64,000 nucleotides of DNA. Origin: Phoronis australis (Eukaryota; Animalia; Phoronida). The notes under the pieces were generated by a model. That model saw nothing but the letters and a program-made list of their open reading frames with translations, was not told where the DNA came from and searched no databases. The translations under genes and the position numbers were made by a program. Shown piece by piece: positions 47,001 to 62,000 of this stretch. Location: the NCBI GenBank assembly GCA_002633005.1, contig NMRA01000488.1, forward strand, positions 98,194 through 162,193, written 5' to 3'. How positions within the stretch are numbered: the first letter of the stretch is position 1; each line of letters opens with the position of its first letter.

Positions 47001-50000
47001 GCCAAAATAGTCTTGACATTGTAGTTGTGCCCTAACCCCTACACAACATTTCGCTACGGTAAGAGTGAATTCCGGAGAAGTGACTCAAAATCCAAACGAG
47101 AATGTTGTTTGTGGCGCGACTTGATTAGAGCAGACTGTGAGTCAAGACATGAGTACCCGAAATTGATTCGCCAACGGTGAGCTGGCGAACGGCTAGCATG
47201 AGCCTAGTCAAAGATTCCAGAAAAGATGGTTTTCTTTATCACAGCAATATTTATTGGAATCTATTTTGCCTACTGAAACAGCAAACCATGAGGCAAATGG
47301 TTGCAAAAAATTGTTTATGGAGTAAGCAAAGACTGCAAGATGGGCACCAAGAAAAATGTCATGACGACAGAACGTGAATAAGACATGGAACATCCTCAGT
47401 AATTATATTATACTGTCCAGTACTACGGTAAAATCTCACCAATTTCGGACAAAAATAATTGACAAAATTGGTCTTTTTTCAGTTTTCAAAGGCTTCTAAT
47501 ATTGTTTTGAATGTCCACAGTTGCTGAAAACATTGCCTGAAGGTAGCCATGGCATAGACATTTATATTTGGTATATCATCTATTTGGTGCTAATTATCTT
47601 TTATGAAAAAAAATGAAAACACAAATTTCACTTGTCGGCCATATTGTGTCCTAAATTGGTGAGATGTTACCGTACTTGATGTATACCAGTTATATTTGTA
47701 TCTAGATTTCCTACTTGGATGGTCTAATAAACTTCCCATGAAAGTTCATTAGGAAATTCATCAAAATGTCCTTGAGATTATGTTGCAAATGCAGCCTTAC
47801 TCAGTAAAAACAATCCTTATACACTCAAAACAAACGTTATCATACCTATGAGAAGTGGGTGATGTTTTGCTTCGTCAGTGAAAATCTCCGCCAGCACTGG
47901 CACTAGTTTACTGTAGTCATGACCACTGTGATAGGCCTTCATAGCCTCCCTGAACATGTTGTAGGATTCTGTACTCAACACCTGCTTGACTCGGGCTACG
48001 TAAGAACTAGCACTGCCCCCAGTGGATGTCTGTCAAGGAAGAAGGGTGTGACACACGGAATGTCTTCAGAAAATGGTAATAGTTGGATATAACATGCCCT
48101 CATTTTGAGAATCAGTTTTCTCCACTGGATAACGGGCATCAAACTGGTTCTCAAAATATGGGCATCTTACATCTGACCATTGCCCATAAAAGAACAAAAT
48201 CTGTTGTTCCTAATGAGTGGTGCTATCTTTTGGCAACAAATATAAAGCGACCACTTAAAATTGCAATTCACGAAAAAGTAGAAGAATTGACCATTTTACG
48301 GTTTAGAGATTAATGGTATATCTGCAATAGATTGTCGGACACTGGTTTTCCATGCAAAAATATTACTAAACTAACCAAGAAACCAGATAATGTATACTTA
48401 CATCTCAGCTAACCTATTTCGAAAAACAAGAAAATGCACAGGCGTTAACTCCTGATCATTGTCTAGAATGGGGATTCAAGTAATACTTGGAGGCAAGATA
48501 TCTCGAATAGCTAGTTCATGGACTTGACCATTAGAAACAGATACCTGGCATTTTAACAAAATTTTCTTCTTAGTGGCCACAGCAGATTTCTGTTCCAACT
48601 CCTCGTAAGCAGCTTTCTACAAAAAAGGCAACGAAACTGTGTGAATGTCATCAAACATAGTCTGGTTTAATTACTACACAAATTATGTAAATCCGCTTTA
48701 TGGTTCACTCTCCAACCTCACCATGCAGATCATAGATGTCAGCACTGTGACTAATTCGTGTGGCTCTCCTGCAGGAACCGGACTCAAGCATAAATTTTTT
48801 CTTGGTTTCAGTTATGTTGCTCAGTTCTCCTAAGAACACCAATTCCACTTTTATACAAAATCAAGCTCTCCACATTGTAAATGGAATGTATTTTACTTCT
48901 TTCTGTTTTTAACACAAAAATCAAAATTGTAACAGTCACGGGTTCAAAGTTAAACGTTAACTAAATAACTAAGTCAAGACTGCAGTTTAATCGTGTATTC
49001 TGACGACCATAGAAACCCCCTCCCCAAACCCCCCATATTTCAAACTCTCTTACTTGACTGCCTCAACCACAAGGTTTTCACTAAAGGTTCCCCACATGGA
49101 AATCTACATATCAATAGATAACGCAACAACAGGTGACCAAATGGGCATTTGAATATGAATAGCCAACTCTGCTGCGTGTCGCGAAACAAGGAAGATTAAC
49201 TTTACCATAACAACATGACTTAACATACCCTAGAGAAGTAAGTATCAGGTTCATCATCTTCGTTTTTCTGAAACAAGCATGCCAAGGTGTAACTGAACCA
49301 GATAATGGACAAAATTATTCATCGTCTACACAAACATACATTACATAAAAATTCTACCTCGCATTGCAGAAACGCCTGGTTCCTTCTACTGCAGAATCGA
49401 AATCGCTGGATTTCAGCACAAACTGCCGGTATTCATGTACATCAATTTCTGAATCAGCACCCTGACTCGTGCACTCGACTTTTTCAATTTGACACCATCA
49501 CGTCAGTACCTCATTGTCAGGAGGAAACTTCAAGTGTGTTTTTGCACATCAAATAAAACCTAAAGCTGTTACCAGTAACGGGCAACAGTCATGTACAGCG
49601 TCTTAGACTTTGAGAACCAGTTTGATACATATTATGATTAGAGAAAACTGGTTCTCAAAATGCTGGTCCCCGTAAGTATCTATTACCCAGTAATGTATTA
49701 CACCATAATGGAGACAATAAGTACTTGAACAAATTCATTTATCACAGTGAAAAACGTAACAGAAGGGAAATCTAATCGAGTAGTAGGAATAACAGATATT
49801 CCAGACATACCTCATTATTATCCAATGCATCCAGCAAGCCTCTTTTTGGCAGTGTTGGCTTGGCACGGACGCTTGTCAAAGGCAAGGAATATTGTGACTG
49901 CAACACTTCTTCGACTTGAGCTGAATACAGAGACAAAAACGTTTAACAATTAGTAACATTCAATATTGATAATGGCAATCCGGAAATCCTACATGCCTCT

Positions 50001-53000
50001 CCGTGGTTGTGTTTGCATCTATTTTCAGACACTTGTTCTCCCAATGAAGTGTTAGCCACGGAAAAACGAATGTAAATTTTTACAGATAACATGAGTGGAT
50101 GTGGACGAAAAATTATGTTGCCACGCGAAGTGATATGTTCTTTATATGTGAGATGCAGTCATTCAGCTTTCGAAAAGATTTGCATACAGTAATATTTCAA
50201 AGGAAATGCGATGCAAGTTTATTCATTACTTGTAAAGCACCTTTCAAACAGCATGGTTGTTTTCTTGATTCGATGACATACATAATAGGGCCATCCCGGA
50301 TTACGCAGTGATAGAGCTCTCCTTTGTCTCAGAGGTAAGAAAGCGCAGTGTTTTCATTGACCTACTTTTGGAATGCCATGCACGTTTTCACAGGTCTTAT
50401 CATAAATCATTGAGGTCTGTGGCCATGCAAATACTCCCAATTTCAACCCTTTAAAAAGTTCCAGAATTGGAAGGTGTTTTCAAGACAGTGATTTTGTTCG
50501 GTTCAAAATTAGCCCGAGGTATTTGCGTTATCTACTCACTCCACATTTTCCTGTCTTTGCTTGATGTCGAGAGGGTGACGAACTTAACATCACCCACCCA
50601 TGGTTATTTGTCAAGTTTATCCAACTTTCTCCAGTCAGAGTTGAAACCCACAGCACAACACTAACACTTTATTGGCATTGTAAGGACGAGATAAATTTAT
50701 AAAGAATACGAAAAGAACAAAGATTTTGTGGAACTCCAATGTTACAAAAATATGTGCCTGACGGATATTGCAGCACTGTGGGTAAATACAGCGAGATTCG
50801 AGTGTCGCTGCATAATCTGGGACAGCCTATTAATGTTTACTTTGGTTTTAATAACAGAATATTTGTACTATGTATAATTAAAAACAGTTGTCAAAAGTTA
50901 AACGACTTAACAGGATTGTACAATCCATATAATCGTGAATGTAAACTTTGTCTGTGATAAATTTTTGTAAATTTATTTTCTGGTTTCATGGTTTACAGAC
51001 TGAAATGGGCAAAACTCAACCTCAGGTTGACAAGCAACAACCAGTTTATGTGTGAAATTATTATAACAGCGTTTTCATACATTAAAACAAAAAATGGAGA
51101 AATTTAAGTTGCACTCACCGTTTCCCACCAGTAGACTCGGCAGATGGTTTTCCACATGACTAGCTTTAGAGACAGTCAGCTTTTTGCGCACCTCAGACTT
51201 TGAGGGCATGAACGCCGCGGGTACAGAATATGATGCTGTCTCCTTCCTTGGTCTTACTGAAGGAGTTGGACACTGAAATTTCAATTTTGGTTCAATTGAA
51301 CAAAAGAGAATTTACAAAAGCACAACAAACAAGCAAATCAGATGTGAGAAATCATATTCACAGAAAGGAGTCAACTAAAATAGAACATTGATATGATCTA
51401 CTTTTTAAACTGCAAAACTTAACAAAATCCAGCAGCAAACACAACCAACAAAAACAAAATAAGATGAATAATCTGGCACTAAAATTTCAAAACACCTCCA
51501 ACTAATATTCGGGGTTATTAGCTTATTATTTTTCATATTAACACTTTTTCATATAATTTCAGTCAAATTTTAATGACAAAATTTTGAAATATAAGAAGAG
51601 CCAAGTCATACAATCTCCTCTGCCTTTTTGAAGAATTTGCACAGGTCCCTCAACACATGGCCAAAATTGTCGTACTTCTTGACGTAGTGTTTCACCCACG
51701 CAGGAAGATTGCTCACCGACTCGGCAGACGAGAATCTAACAAATAGATAATGATTTGAAGTTCTGTAACAATAACATGCTGTAGTTACTGTTATGACAAT
51801 ATTGTCAAATAAAGTGACAAAGAGCATAGCTTACAAATGTTTACACATGCAGCTGATTATGTCAGAGCATCATACAATAGAATAAAATTCTCACTGAAGA
51901 AAAAACAGATTGGACACCCTGGAGTCTTTGCATTGTCAATCAAAATTATGCAAAAAGGAAGCTCAAATATCAATGAATAAATGCTTTTAAGGTCCACAGT
52001 CATCAAATATATAATGCCCTCCTCAAGACACTAAGTTGAGAGGTCTAGCAGGCCAAGCAAGCACCCTGGTTTCAATTTTCACAACTAAGTGCGAGTGAAC
52101 AAATACTATGAGAGAAGTCAAACTAGCCAAGTATCACACAGCTGAGAGCAGTCCTCCTAAAAAAAAAAACCCAGCTCCGAAAAGTTAAGCTTACCAAGTA
52201 TCACACAAGTGAGAAGTGAAGCTTACCTAGTATCACACAGCTGCAAGAAGTCAAACTTACCTAATACTGCACAGCTGCAAGAGGTCAACTCTACCAAGTA
52301 TCAAACAGCTGAGAGAAGTGAAGCTTACCTAGTATCACACAGCTGCAAGAAGTCAACCCTACCAAGTATCACAAAGCTGAGAGAAGTGAAACTTACCTAG
52401 TATCACACAGTAGAATGGCACCGTAGTCCTGTTTATGCCGAATGACACGCCCAATCGCTTGATTGACAGCTCTGGTAGCCTGCTGTCTGTACCACTCCCA
52501 GCCTGTCAAGTACTGCGAAGAAATGAGAAAAGTGTTCTCTAAATCAGAAAGTAATAACTACAACACAACTGCATGAGTAGAAAACAGTCAGATAAAATAC
52601 TGGTTTCTGGGCTTACCTTGTTTATTGAAGATTTACTTTTTGTTAATAAACATACAAAAAGTAGAAAAATCCCATACAAAATTGCTATGTGCAAGATCCT
52701 GCCCCTTAGTCCAAGTATATACAACTTTCAACAGAAGCAGAACTGATTTGCTTAAGAATGACATAACTTCAGGATATTGCACTATCAATGCACGTTCTAA
52801 ATCCTCAAGGTTTTCATGACTTGGCTAACTCTTATAATTTTCATTTTTTTCTCTGGTTTCTCCATCTAAGCTGACCATGAGGTTGCACGCTAGTCAGCCA
52901 ACTGGTAGTTTTTGTTAAATTTTGCAACTTACTGTACAACTTGGATTTTTCAATTGATTCATAGTTTGTAAACTAAAAACAAAAATGTCAGTTTACTGGA

Positions 53001-56000
53001 CTGTTTTCTTGCTCCACTACAGATAAATTTTTACAAAACATAACTAGTACTGTTCGACTTTTCATCAGAGCTTCGATAAACTGGATGGCACTGATGAGAC
53101 CTTGACATTTTTGAAGACTACAGAAACATAGCAACAGCACACGAGCTCATCAATACCTCCGACTTTTTTCGCTTCATCTCGTCCAGGAATTGCATTTTCA
53201 ACATGACACGAGCATCTTTCATAGGCGGAAACGGCAGTCCAGTGATGATCACAGCACGACCATTGATGTCAGCAAAATCGAGACCCTCACTAACCTGACA
53301 CCAACAATAAACAAATGCCGTCTCACAAAGAAATATTTTCCGTGGAAGGATACATCCGTAAATTGTGGATACTGACAACTATATCAACACTTTTCGTTAA
53401 GCAATAATTAATTCATACACTTCCTATTGGCCATTGTTCAACAGCTAAAAGAATGAAATCACTAACTGCAAACATGTTTTGTGGACTATGGTTAGTCACC
53501 CATCTTTAATCCAACCAGTGGACGGTCAGAAATTTTGTCTAATTTCGTAAAAAAGAAACAATTTTCCATTTTAACCCGCAAATCTTTGTCAAATGCTTTG
53601 AACCTTTTGGGATATACTGCGTGACTGAGGCGGCTAATGATTCAGATATTTGCAAGTCACTATCAAATTATCTGATAGAAACTACCACGAAAAGCTATTT
53701 CAACAAATCATACACAAACCAATCTGCAGTTGTATCCATAGATGATGTGTATGTGAAAATAGATTCTACAAAACACCTCTGCCCTTTCGAAAGAGAACAC
53801 ATACCTCACACGACCAGTGCTAGTCCCCAGCTTTAAGTCACATTATCGACAAGACATGAGTCAATGACTTGAGTCAGATCATTTTCGCCAAAACTTTTCA
53901 AAAGCACTTAGCAACTGACCACATACATCAAAAGTGTTTTTAGAATTCCTTCAACCATGCAAAGATAAGTGAGTAGCACACCCAGGACACTTTAAGGCAT
54001 CAACTTCTTGATAACCTCTCACTTACCTTTCCTCGACACACAGCAGCAAAGACAGCGCCATTCTTTGATGGGTCATTGATACTGGCGTAAAAACTGTCCA
54101 TTGCCTGGATACATTAAATCATACTATATATCAAATACAACAAAAATGCAAAGAATTACACAGGTTCATGGCTTAAGACAAACACTGAATACAACTGGCC
54201 AAGTTATTTTTAGCGTGACATTCAATTACAAAACCTGCATTCAAAGTATGCTGCAGGTAAAACAAACTTGGCATTTCAAACTAAAAAAGTCAAGATTTAA
54301 TAAAGCCACAGTACCTTGCTTGGTAGGTTTTATTATTGATATTTTAAACACCTTCAAAATCATCTGTGCATTGAACTTGTAAGTCATAATTTTGAAGGAA
54401 AAAACAATGGATCCTATGTCAAAGTTGGGAACAATTTTTGGACACACACGATGTTGTATGAGTATGCACATGCCTTCAGCAATCACAGAATCATCGGGAC
54501 AGAGATGCACAAGAAAGCACCCAAAGAGAAGAACATGGAAATTGATTTTCCAATAAAAACTGTCTCTAACAAAAGCCCGAGGATAAGCTATGCTATAATT
54601 AGCGCAAAAAGCTCTCCAATACCAGACGGATCTCTCAAACATTTGAGGAATTCAAGTGAACAATTTACAAAGGCAAATTTTTCTACTACATGTCATCATA
54701 GTTTTGACCTGATTGTCCGGTCACCAATAAACGGTGGCTTTTAATAGAGGCCAAGACTATGGATGTGCTAAACAAACAAATGTTTGGGCTCCTATAGGGA
54801 CCATAACGGTACCAAATGTGGTTCCTGCATACCTGCTGGAAGCTGTCTTTCCTTTTGGGTTCTACAAAGATGTCTTTGTACTGAAGAATGCGGTTCCAAA
54901 TACCATTAGTCTGCAACGTATATACCACGTAAAGCAACTGTGGATTGAGTCTGACAGATACTTCACATGACGATGTTAACAAGGTCAGGACTAGATATGA
55001 CCAAGATTATGCGAACTTTTTGAACATGTAATGCCAAGCTTGGATTACATTGCAGATTACTGACCAGATTCAGGTGTGGAATTTGTACAAGGTAAATATT
55101 ATATCTGATCAAAAGACAGAGTAGATGCACAAAAGGCATCCTATCTGCTGTCTCATAAGTAATTTAGAATAACATAGTGTGCAAAATGCCTAATCACATG
55201 CAACCACTGAGGGCAAAAGAATAAAATATGAGTCAGACAAAAACTGCAGCTTTTGGAAGTTACTAGGTTTTATATGGAACTAATAAAATTAACAATCAAC
55301 AGTTTTGACCTAGCCATTCAGTCTAAATTTTTCTCGATGTCAGCAAATACTCTGTGGTCTGTAATCACTAAAACGTTGAAACTTAGGTAGGAAGAATGAA
55401 AAATACCGGCAAGTACATTTAAAAAAATAGCAAAACTTTTCAAAAACGTATTTATCATCAGAGAACATGAAAGAAGAAGAGAAAAATGAAGGCACATTAT
55501 GCAAAGTTATGAACACAAGCGCATTTTAGCATGCAAGAAAATTTTGATAACAAGGATATTACAAGAGTGCATCTTTCTTTTTAGGATATAAAAATTCAGA
55601 GCCAAAACCAATTAAAAATAATGAAGACAGTATTGTTTCGATACAAATTAACCTAATTACCTGCCAGTGTTCTGTGCAGTCATTCATTACAGTGTATGAT
55701 GGGAAGAACAACAACACCCCATGTGGTACATTCTTGATAAAGTTGACAATGGCGTTGCCTAGCGACGACTTGTACTCAGAGGAGAACCTGGAGAAATGTC
55801 AAAAGATAAACAAACACTCAGATAAAAAAAAAAACGATAAACAAACAAGAACACGCGTTTGAAGCAATCTCCCATGTGGACCACAAAAAATTTGGACTCC
55901 TTTTCATGATAACAACCACCATGAATGAGAGGACAATTATTGAACAATGTTGGTTAAGACATGCTACTCAGAATAAAGTACAAGACTTTAAACCAAAGAC

Positions 56001-59000
56001 AAGGGTCTAGTCATGTGTATGTTGCTGCAAGGGGGAACAGCTGAGCCTAGTTGCAAATCTGTTGATCACAGATATGAAATTGCGTACCGAAAGGCTGGGT
56101 ACTCAGGAAATCCAGAGTTTCAAAATACTCTAACAGACCGAATTAGGCACATTTTTACAACTTATTACAAACTCTAAAGGCTTGCTAAGTTTATCTTCCG
56201 CAAAACATTTTTAAATGTTTTTGCTGTTTAAAACAGCAGAGACTGTCACGATTAGAGAGACATATAATCTTTATTTCAGTATTGCACCTTGTTTGGTAGG
56301 ATGAGTTGAGCGTGGTTCCATCTGGCCCTTTACATAACGTCGCTACCATGAACTGTTCTGGCTGAATGACATGAGGATTCTCCAGAGTGTTCGGAAAAGG
56401 ACTGAAACACATCATTTAGCAATGAGATCTGTATACACCACACTCAGATTGGCCAGTCTTCATCTCTTACAAACTGCAACTGTGTTCTCACTAACACTAC
56501 TGTGACTCATGGTGAAAATCGCGTGCGAAAAAGTACTATGGGACGTAGAAAAAGAAACACAGCACACCAGAAAAAGAACCATGTTTTTGAGTAAAGAAGA
56601 CTTTAGCGACAACGCTTGTGGTTCGAAAGGGTGGAAGGCTGGCGGCTAGGCTGGCTAATAAGTCTGTTTGCATAAATCACACCTTCCTACACATAACCTT
56701 TCAAAATGAATGACATAAACTGTACTCACATTTGCATTTCTAAGGTGAAAGATGACAGGGGAGATAACGTGCCACTTGTGACAATGATGGACTTGACACC
56801 ATGTGACTTCAACTCCTGCATAGTGTGACCCGAGCTGAAGCACCAATAGCTTAGGACACGCCCAACCCCCTTTTTAGAGGATGCATCCCAGAAATCGGAA
56901 ACCGTCTTTGGTTTGGCCTTTTGTTTAGTGTCATCTTGGCGGACATGAACCTGAAACGTACAACACAACATGGGTGTTGTTCACATGTGAAATGTACAAC
57001 ACAACATCGGTGTCGTTCTCATGTAAAATGTACAACACAACACTGGTGCAATTCCCATGTGAAGTTTAGAAAATATAACATTTTTTCCCTAAAATTTTAA
57101 TTGGAAAAGTTTTGCATCAAGACACGATATTGTGAAATCCACCAAAATTTGCCCGTACTACTGTAACATTACAGTCGTATCTGTAACATAAAACCACTGC
57201 TGTTGATGCATGCATGGCATTGTACTGTCTGACTCCTCTTCCATTTACACATGCATCTTATTCCGACAGCTTTCCGCCTGTTGTGATTTTGTCAAAAATA
57301 CCAGTAGTCCGCCTGTCTACTTGGGTACGCCGCCGTTTGCGGAACTAATCCTATTAATTTTTTTCCTGAAATATTTCGAGGATTTCAAAGTTCATGAGAA
57401 CACAGCTATTTTTCCACGCAGTGACGCAGACTTTCCTTTCCTTAAAGCATCGTGCATCGATAAACAGCTCAAGTCACAACTGCAAGCATCAAACCAGAAT
57501 GATTTAAGTTTGTGGAGGCAAGTTCAGCTAAAAAAGCAATCAACGGTGTTCACAAGTCCATAGCAAAATTGATTAAAATCAAGACCTGTTGGCTGGCCAC
57601 GTAACTAAAGATCAAAAGGTATCCGAGGTTTTAAATATGGTACTGTACCTGGATTAAGAGGTGAGTTTAAAGGTATGGGCTTTATCTCATACTCACTATA
57701 ACTGAAGTAATCAGCTCAAATAATCCACACACAGCACCCTCGTTAATCCCAGAGAACCTCTAAACAAACTCAAAAGTAGCGATAACGAGAAGATATTAAC
57801 GATTCCTATAAGAGCGGCAGAACTAAAGGAAATCAGAAATGTCACTACCAACAGCACTTTGTCAAACGCTCACCTTGAAGTACTTTGCTAATTGCGCCTT
57901 GTGGTAACTCATAGAGTGGGACTCACTTTTCTCTTGACTAAAAACAACCTGCAAAAGGAAAACCTAACAAATCAACCTCAATTTTTATAGCAATCACACT
58001 CTTTTAAGACTAAATTAGTTGTTAAATGAAAAACGTTGGAACGCTGCTAGTAACTGAGCTCGTTTCAATGATTTGACCTGATGTTAATTTGTAGTAAACC
58101 ATGAAACTAATACATCTACATTAAGATTTCGGCCCAGTATCAACATAAGTGCCAACACACTCTATAACTGTTTAGAATAGTTTGGTTGCATTTACAATCT
58201 GATGGCAGTTTTGTGTTGGTGATTCAATTTCTACCATGTCTCTTTTCCCACATGACACAATACTTCAATAGTATTTTGCATATGTGAGACTGTGACTGAC
58301 CAATAATTTTAACTCACTCCTACTTCAGCGCCTACATCAATGAGTCTGGATACAGCTATTGTCCCGATTTATGCTGCTGTTAAGTACACTGTAGTTTTAA
58401 TATATTGTCAGAATTTTAACATTGCGCTTGTAATTGATGGTCCACGGAGCACTGTAATGTGTTTTATTAGAACAGCACTTTTCTTATTACTGAAGACTAA
58501 TAGTTTATGTTTGTTTAAGTATGCATATCAACAATTTGAATTGTAAGCATTGTGTTTTTGTGAACGACTAACAAATTACTCAATTGACTCGCAATATGTT
58601 TTTGTATGTTTGCAGTTGAACCGAGCAGCCAACGAAAGAATAAACTTACCGTACACTGTAACTCAGATTCGCATTCTTCCAAAACTTGCTTAAAAGTACA
58701 AGAATGTTACTCAAGGCTCTAGTAAAAAATTGACTGAGGCCAACATTAAAGCATAAAATTTGAAAATTAGCACATAGTGTGCCGTGCAAGTGGTAAATTT
58801 TCAAGTCAAGTCCAGAGTCAACTTAGTATTGGTGAACCTGCCTTCAACACTTCAGCGATCTTGGAGAGTCCAGCCCCCCTGCTGTGATAGCCGGATGTTC
58901 CCTGCTCCATCAAGTGGTTCACCACTTTGTCTACGAGTTCTATAGTGAAGTTCTTGTTATCAAATGTGATACCAATAGACTCAAAGAGTTCAAATATATA

Positions 59001-62000
59001 TCTGAAACAAATTGTGTTACACTATCTTAGACCAACAGATAAAGATTTTTCTCCGCTAAAATATAATCAAACTCAAGAGAAAGTCTCAAGTATCTAGATT
59101 CAAATTGATGCAAAAGTTGAGGTAACAAATCTTTTGTAATTTCATTTTAGCATTGAAATTTCTCAACAAAAACAAAATCTTGAAAGTTTTATTTCATTAT
59201 CACACATGGTTTGTGAAGCTTATTAGAAATGCCAAAACAAAATATATTATATATTTTACAAATTTGTAAGCAGGTCATGCCAAAGTGAAAGCTTCGAAAA
59301 CAGTATGAACATGCAACAACGTATTTCACTGGCTACAGTTTCTGTTTCTAAGCCAGAATGTAATTGGCTTTCCACCTTCAGTGAAAGGGGAGTTTTGAAA
59401 TCCCACCTAGCCAAAGGTCGACTAGCCGAAATCACAAACTTCCAACTGGTATAAACCAAGTTAGCAGTAAAGAAGCTATGTGTTGAAGCAATGAACTCTA
59501 TTTGATCCACACATTATCATGCTTAATTAAAATAGTAAGAACAGTAAAAATAAAACGAGCGTATGCTGCCTATTGTATATCACCATGCGGTCACCTGTGC
59601 CATTTTATTTATATCCATCTATTCGGCAGTCTGTATCATACGCTTGACAAAGAGCGCATCGCTCAAAACGCGGGGAATACTTTAATATATTTTAGTACCT
59701 ACACTTGTCCTTTATTTTTCCTATTTCTACTATTTTATATTCTTATCTGACAGTACCTGCACGGCATTCCAGCATCTCTTTGATTTATGCATAATTAAGA
59801 ATGCTTTTTACAGTCGTTGTACCAAAAAAGTAAAAACAGAGTGTTTCATCCCAAAACACAAATGGCTTTCAAAGATGGCATGACGTGACTTTAACACACT
59901 TCTTGCAGAGACTTTAATTAGGTCACCGACTATTAACAGATTAATTTATTTACACGGAACAGCCTTTTTGTTCAGACAGACTACACAACACAGAGAGCAA
60001 GCTATTAACTAATCACAAACTAAATGCGTTTATTGGTAAACCGCAATGATGTCAGATTTAGAAGACCAATTTATTAGAATGAGAACATGCAAAAAGGCAT
60101 AGACCATGTGACTAAAATCTGACAGTGAAAGTGGCTGTAAGTTTGAAGGCATTCTAAATTGAAAGACTAAACTCTGTGCCAGCTATGTTTGAACATTTGA
60201 CGCTACATCAGCTGTCACACAAGAACGAGTGAATCCAGTGATACTCACACACCAGCTCGAGTAACGCTGGTTTGACCAGCAGTGAATGGAATTTTGTCCA
60301 CAGCCTCTTCAAGGTGGTGAAGAGCAGCTGAAATGAAATACCATGGCACGAGTTGTCACTGCGAATGGTACATGTTTATTTACTGATTCAATGTACCCTA
60401 AGCATACCATTTGAAGACACTTCTTGGTAGGGAACGCATGAGAAGGAATTACTGCTTCATGAACATGGAATAATCCTAATGCTAGCTATTGTTGGGTACA
60501 CCACATAAATTGCATGCTTGACACTTATTAGGTCACAAATGATGTGCTTGTGCAGGATTTGGAATTACATACATTGCATAAGCCTCCCGTATGTATCCTT
60601 CTTAGGTATTCTAAATAAAAAGCTAGCATTCAAAGTTACTGAAGAACCATTCAATGAAAAACAAATAAGTTCCCAACTAAGCCATAATACAACACGTTTC
60701 ACTATCTAATGGTACATTTCTGTATTACTTCAAACTCTTACCCTTCAGCTGGAGCAGTTGTTCCAAGGAGAAATCAACAGACTCTGCAAGAACAGCAATT
60801 GTAGGTATCAAATTACAGTATCCACAAACGGCAATCTGCCATAATATCACTCAAGTAAGACATCTGAATAGCCAGTCAGTTGGAACATGAACCAAAAAGC
60901 TGGTTTTCAAGGATGATGTTGCATGTACCCTAAATCTTCAACCCGTCCCTTGTTTCCATGGCAACTTCTAATACTTACCTAGTGAACTCTCTCCGACCAC
61001 ATTGGCCATTGCGTCCTCACACCGCACCATTTCTTCCAACTTTTCAGCCAATTCCGTCAGCTCCTCGATGGCAGTGGCCAGGTCATGTGACGACAGGTCC
61101 ACAGAAGCTGAGTCTTCGCAGATATTCTCCTGCCACACAAAAATACTATTCAAATAATACAGTACTTCAAGTAGTACATTAAAGGTTGGTATCATACAAA
61201 AAATGGCCAAAAATTCTCTATAATGACACCTGAGCTCAACAAGGATTCCCTGTTATGGTGGCTAAAGGCAAGCTAAATTTGCCATCAGAGAACCCGGAAC
61301 GGCAAGTCATGACAGTGAAACATAACTTAATTTATTTTACTTTTTCTAACTGTGGCAGAGACATGTTGAGTAGCTGTACGAAGTTTAAAATGGTTTCCTG
61401 AAGCCTGATTCTGTAACTTTACAATAGATTCCTCACTTCACAATATGGACTCAGCTTATAAGCCGTTTAATACGCATAATTAATATCTAACGACCTACCA
61501 GGTTATGCGCCTCATCAAAGATCAAAATGTTGTTCTGCAATTCTACACCGTGCATTTTGCGAAGCTGAAAGAGAAAGAAATCTTAAGAAACTGAACTCAG
61601 GAACCCGATACTAGACTAAAAGAAAGCTACGTCATTGGCAAAACATAAGCTGCTACAGTTTATTATAGCTTTTACTGCCAGAGAGAGCCTCAAACTTGGT
61701 AGGGAAATATTCTGGCAATGTCTAATGCTTGCAGGCAATATGGATAGTAAAAACAGCGTCATAAATACGTCAGGACCAAATGACGATCAAAAAACCCATG
61801 AAGGGAGGTTTTATGCTCCTCACAACATAACGTTGCACAGGTATACAAACTTGCATCTCGCAACATCACCATTTGCTGATTGAATCTTTATGATGTTTTT
61901 AAACAATCATCTAGTATTCATGTTACGACATTAAAAACATCATTTTGTTCGACTTTCTTCACAGGAGAATCCCCTGGTCACACTGACGTCATCGCATTCT

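Noticed and set aside
49357-49550. Extra RTEL1 exon
   Set aside because: I found no acceptor giving an open phase-0 frame, and 49811->48616 already joins cleanly.
52108-52410. CRISPR-like regular 34-bp repeats (also 63529..63654 and 56958..57064)
   Set aside because: Head-to-tail units without unique spacers, located in eukaryotic introns, with no cas genes.
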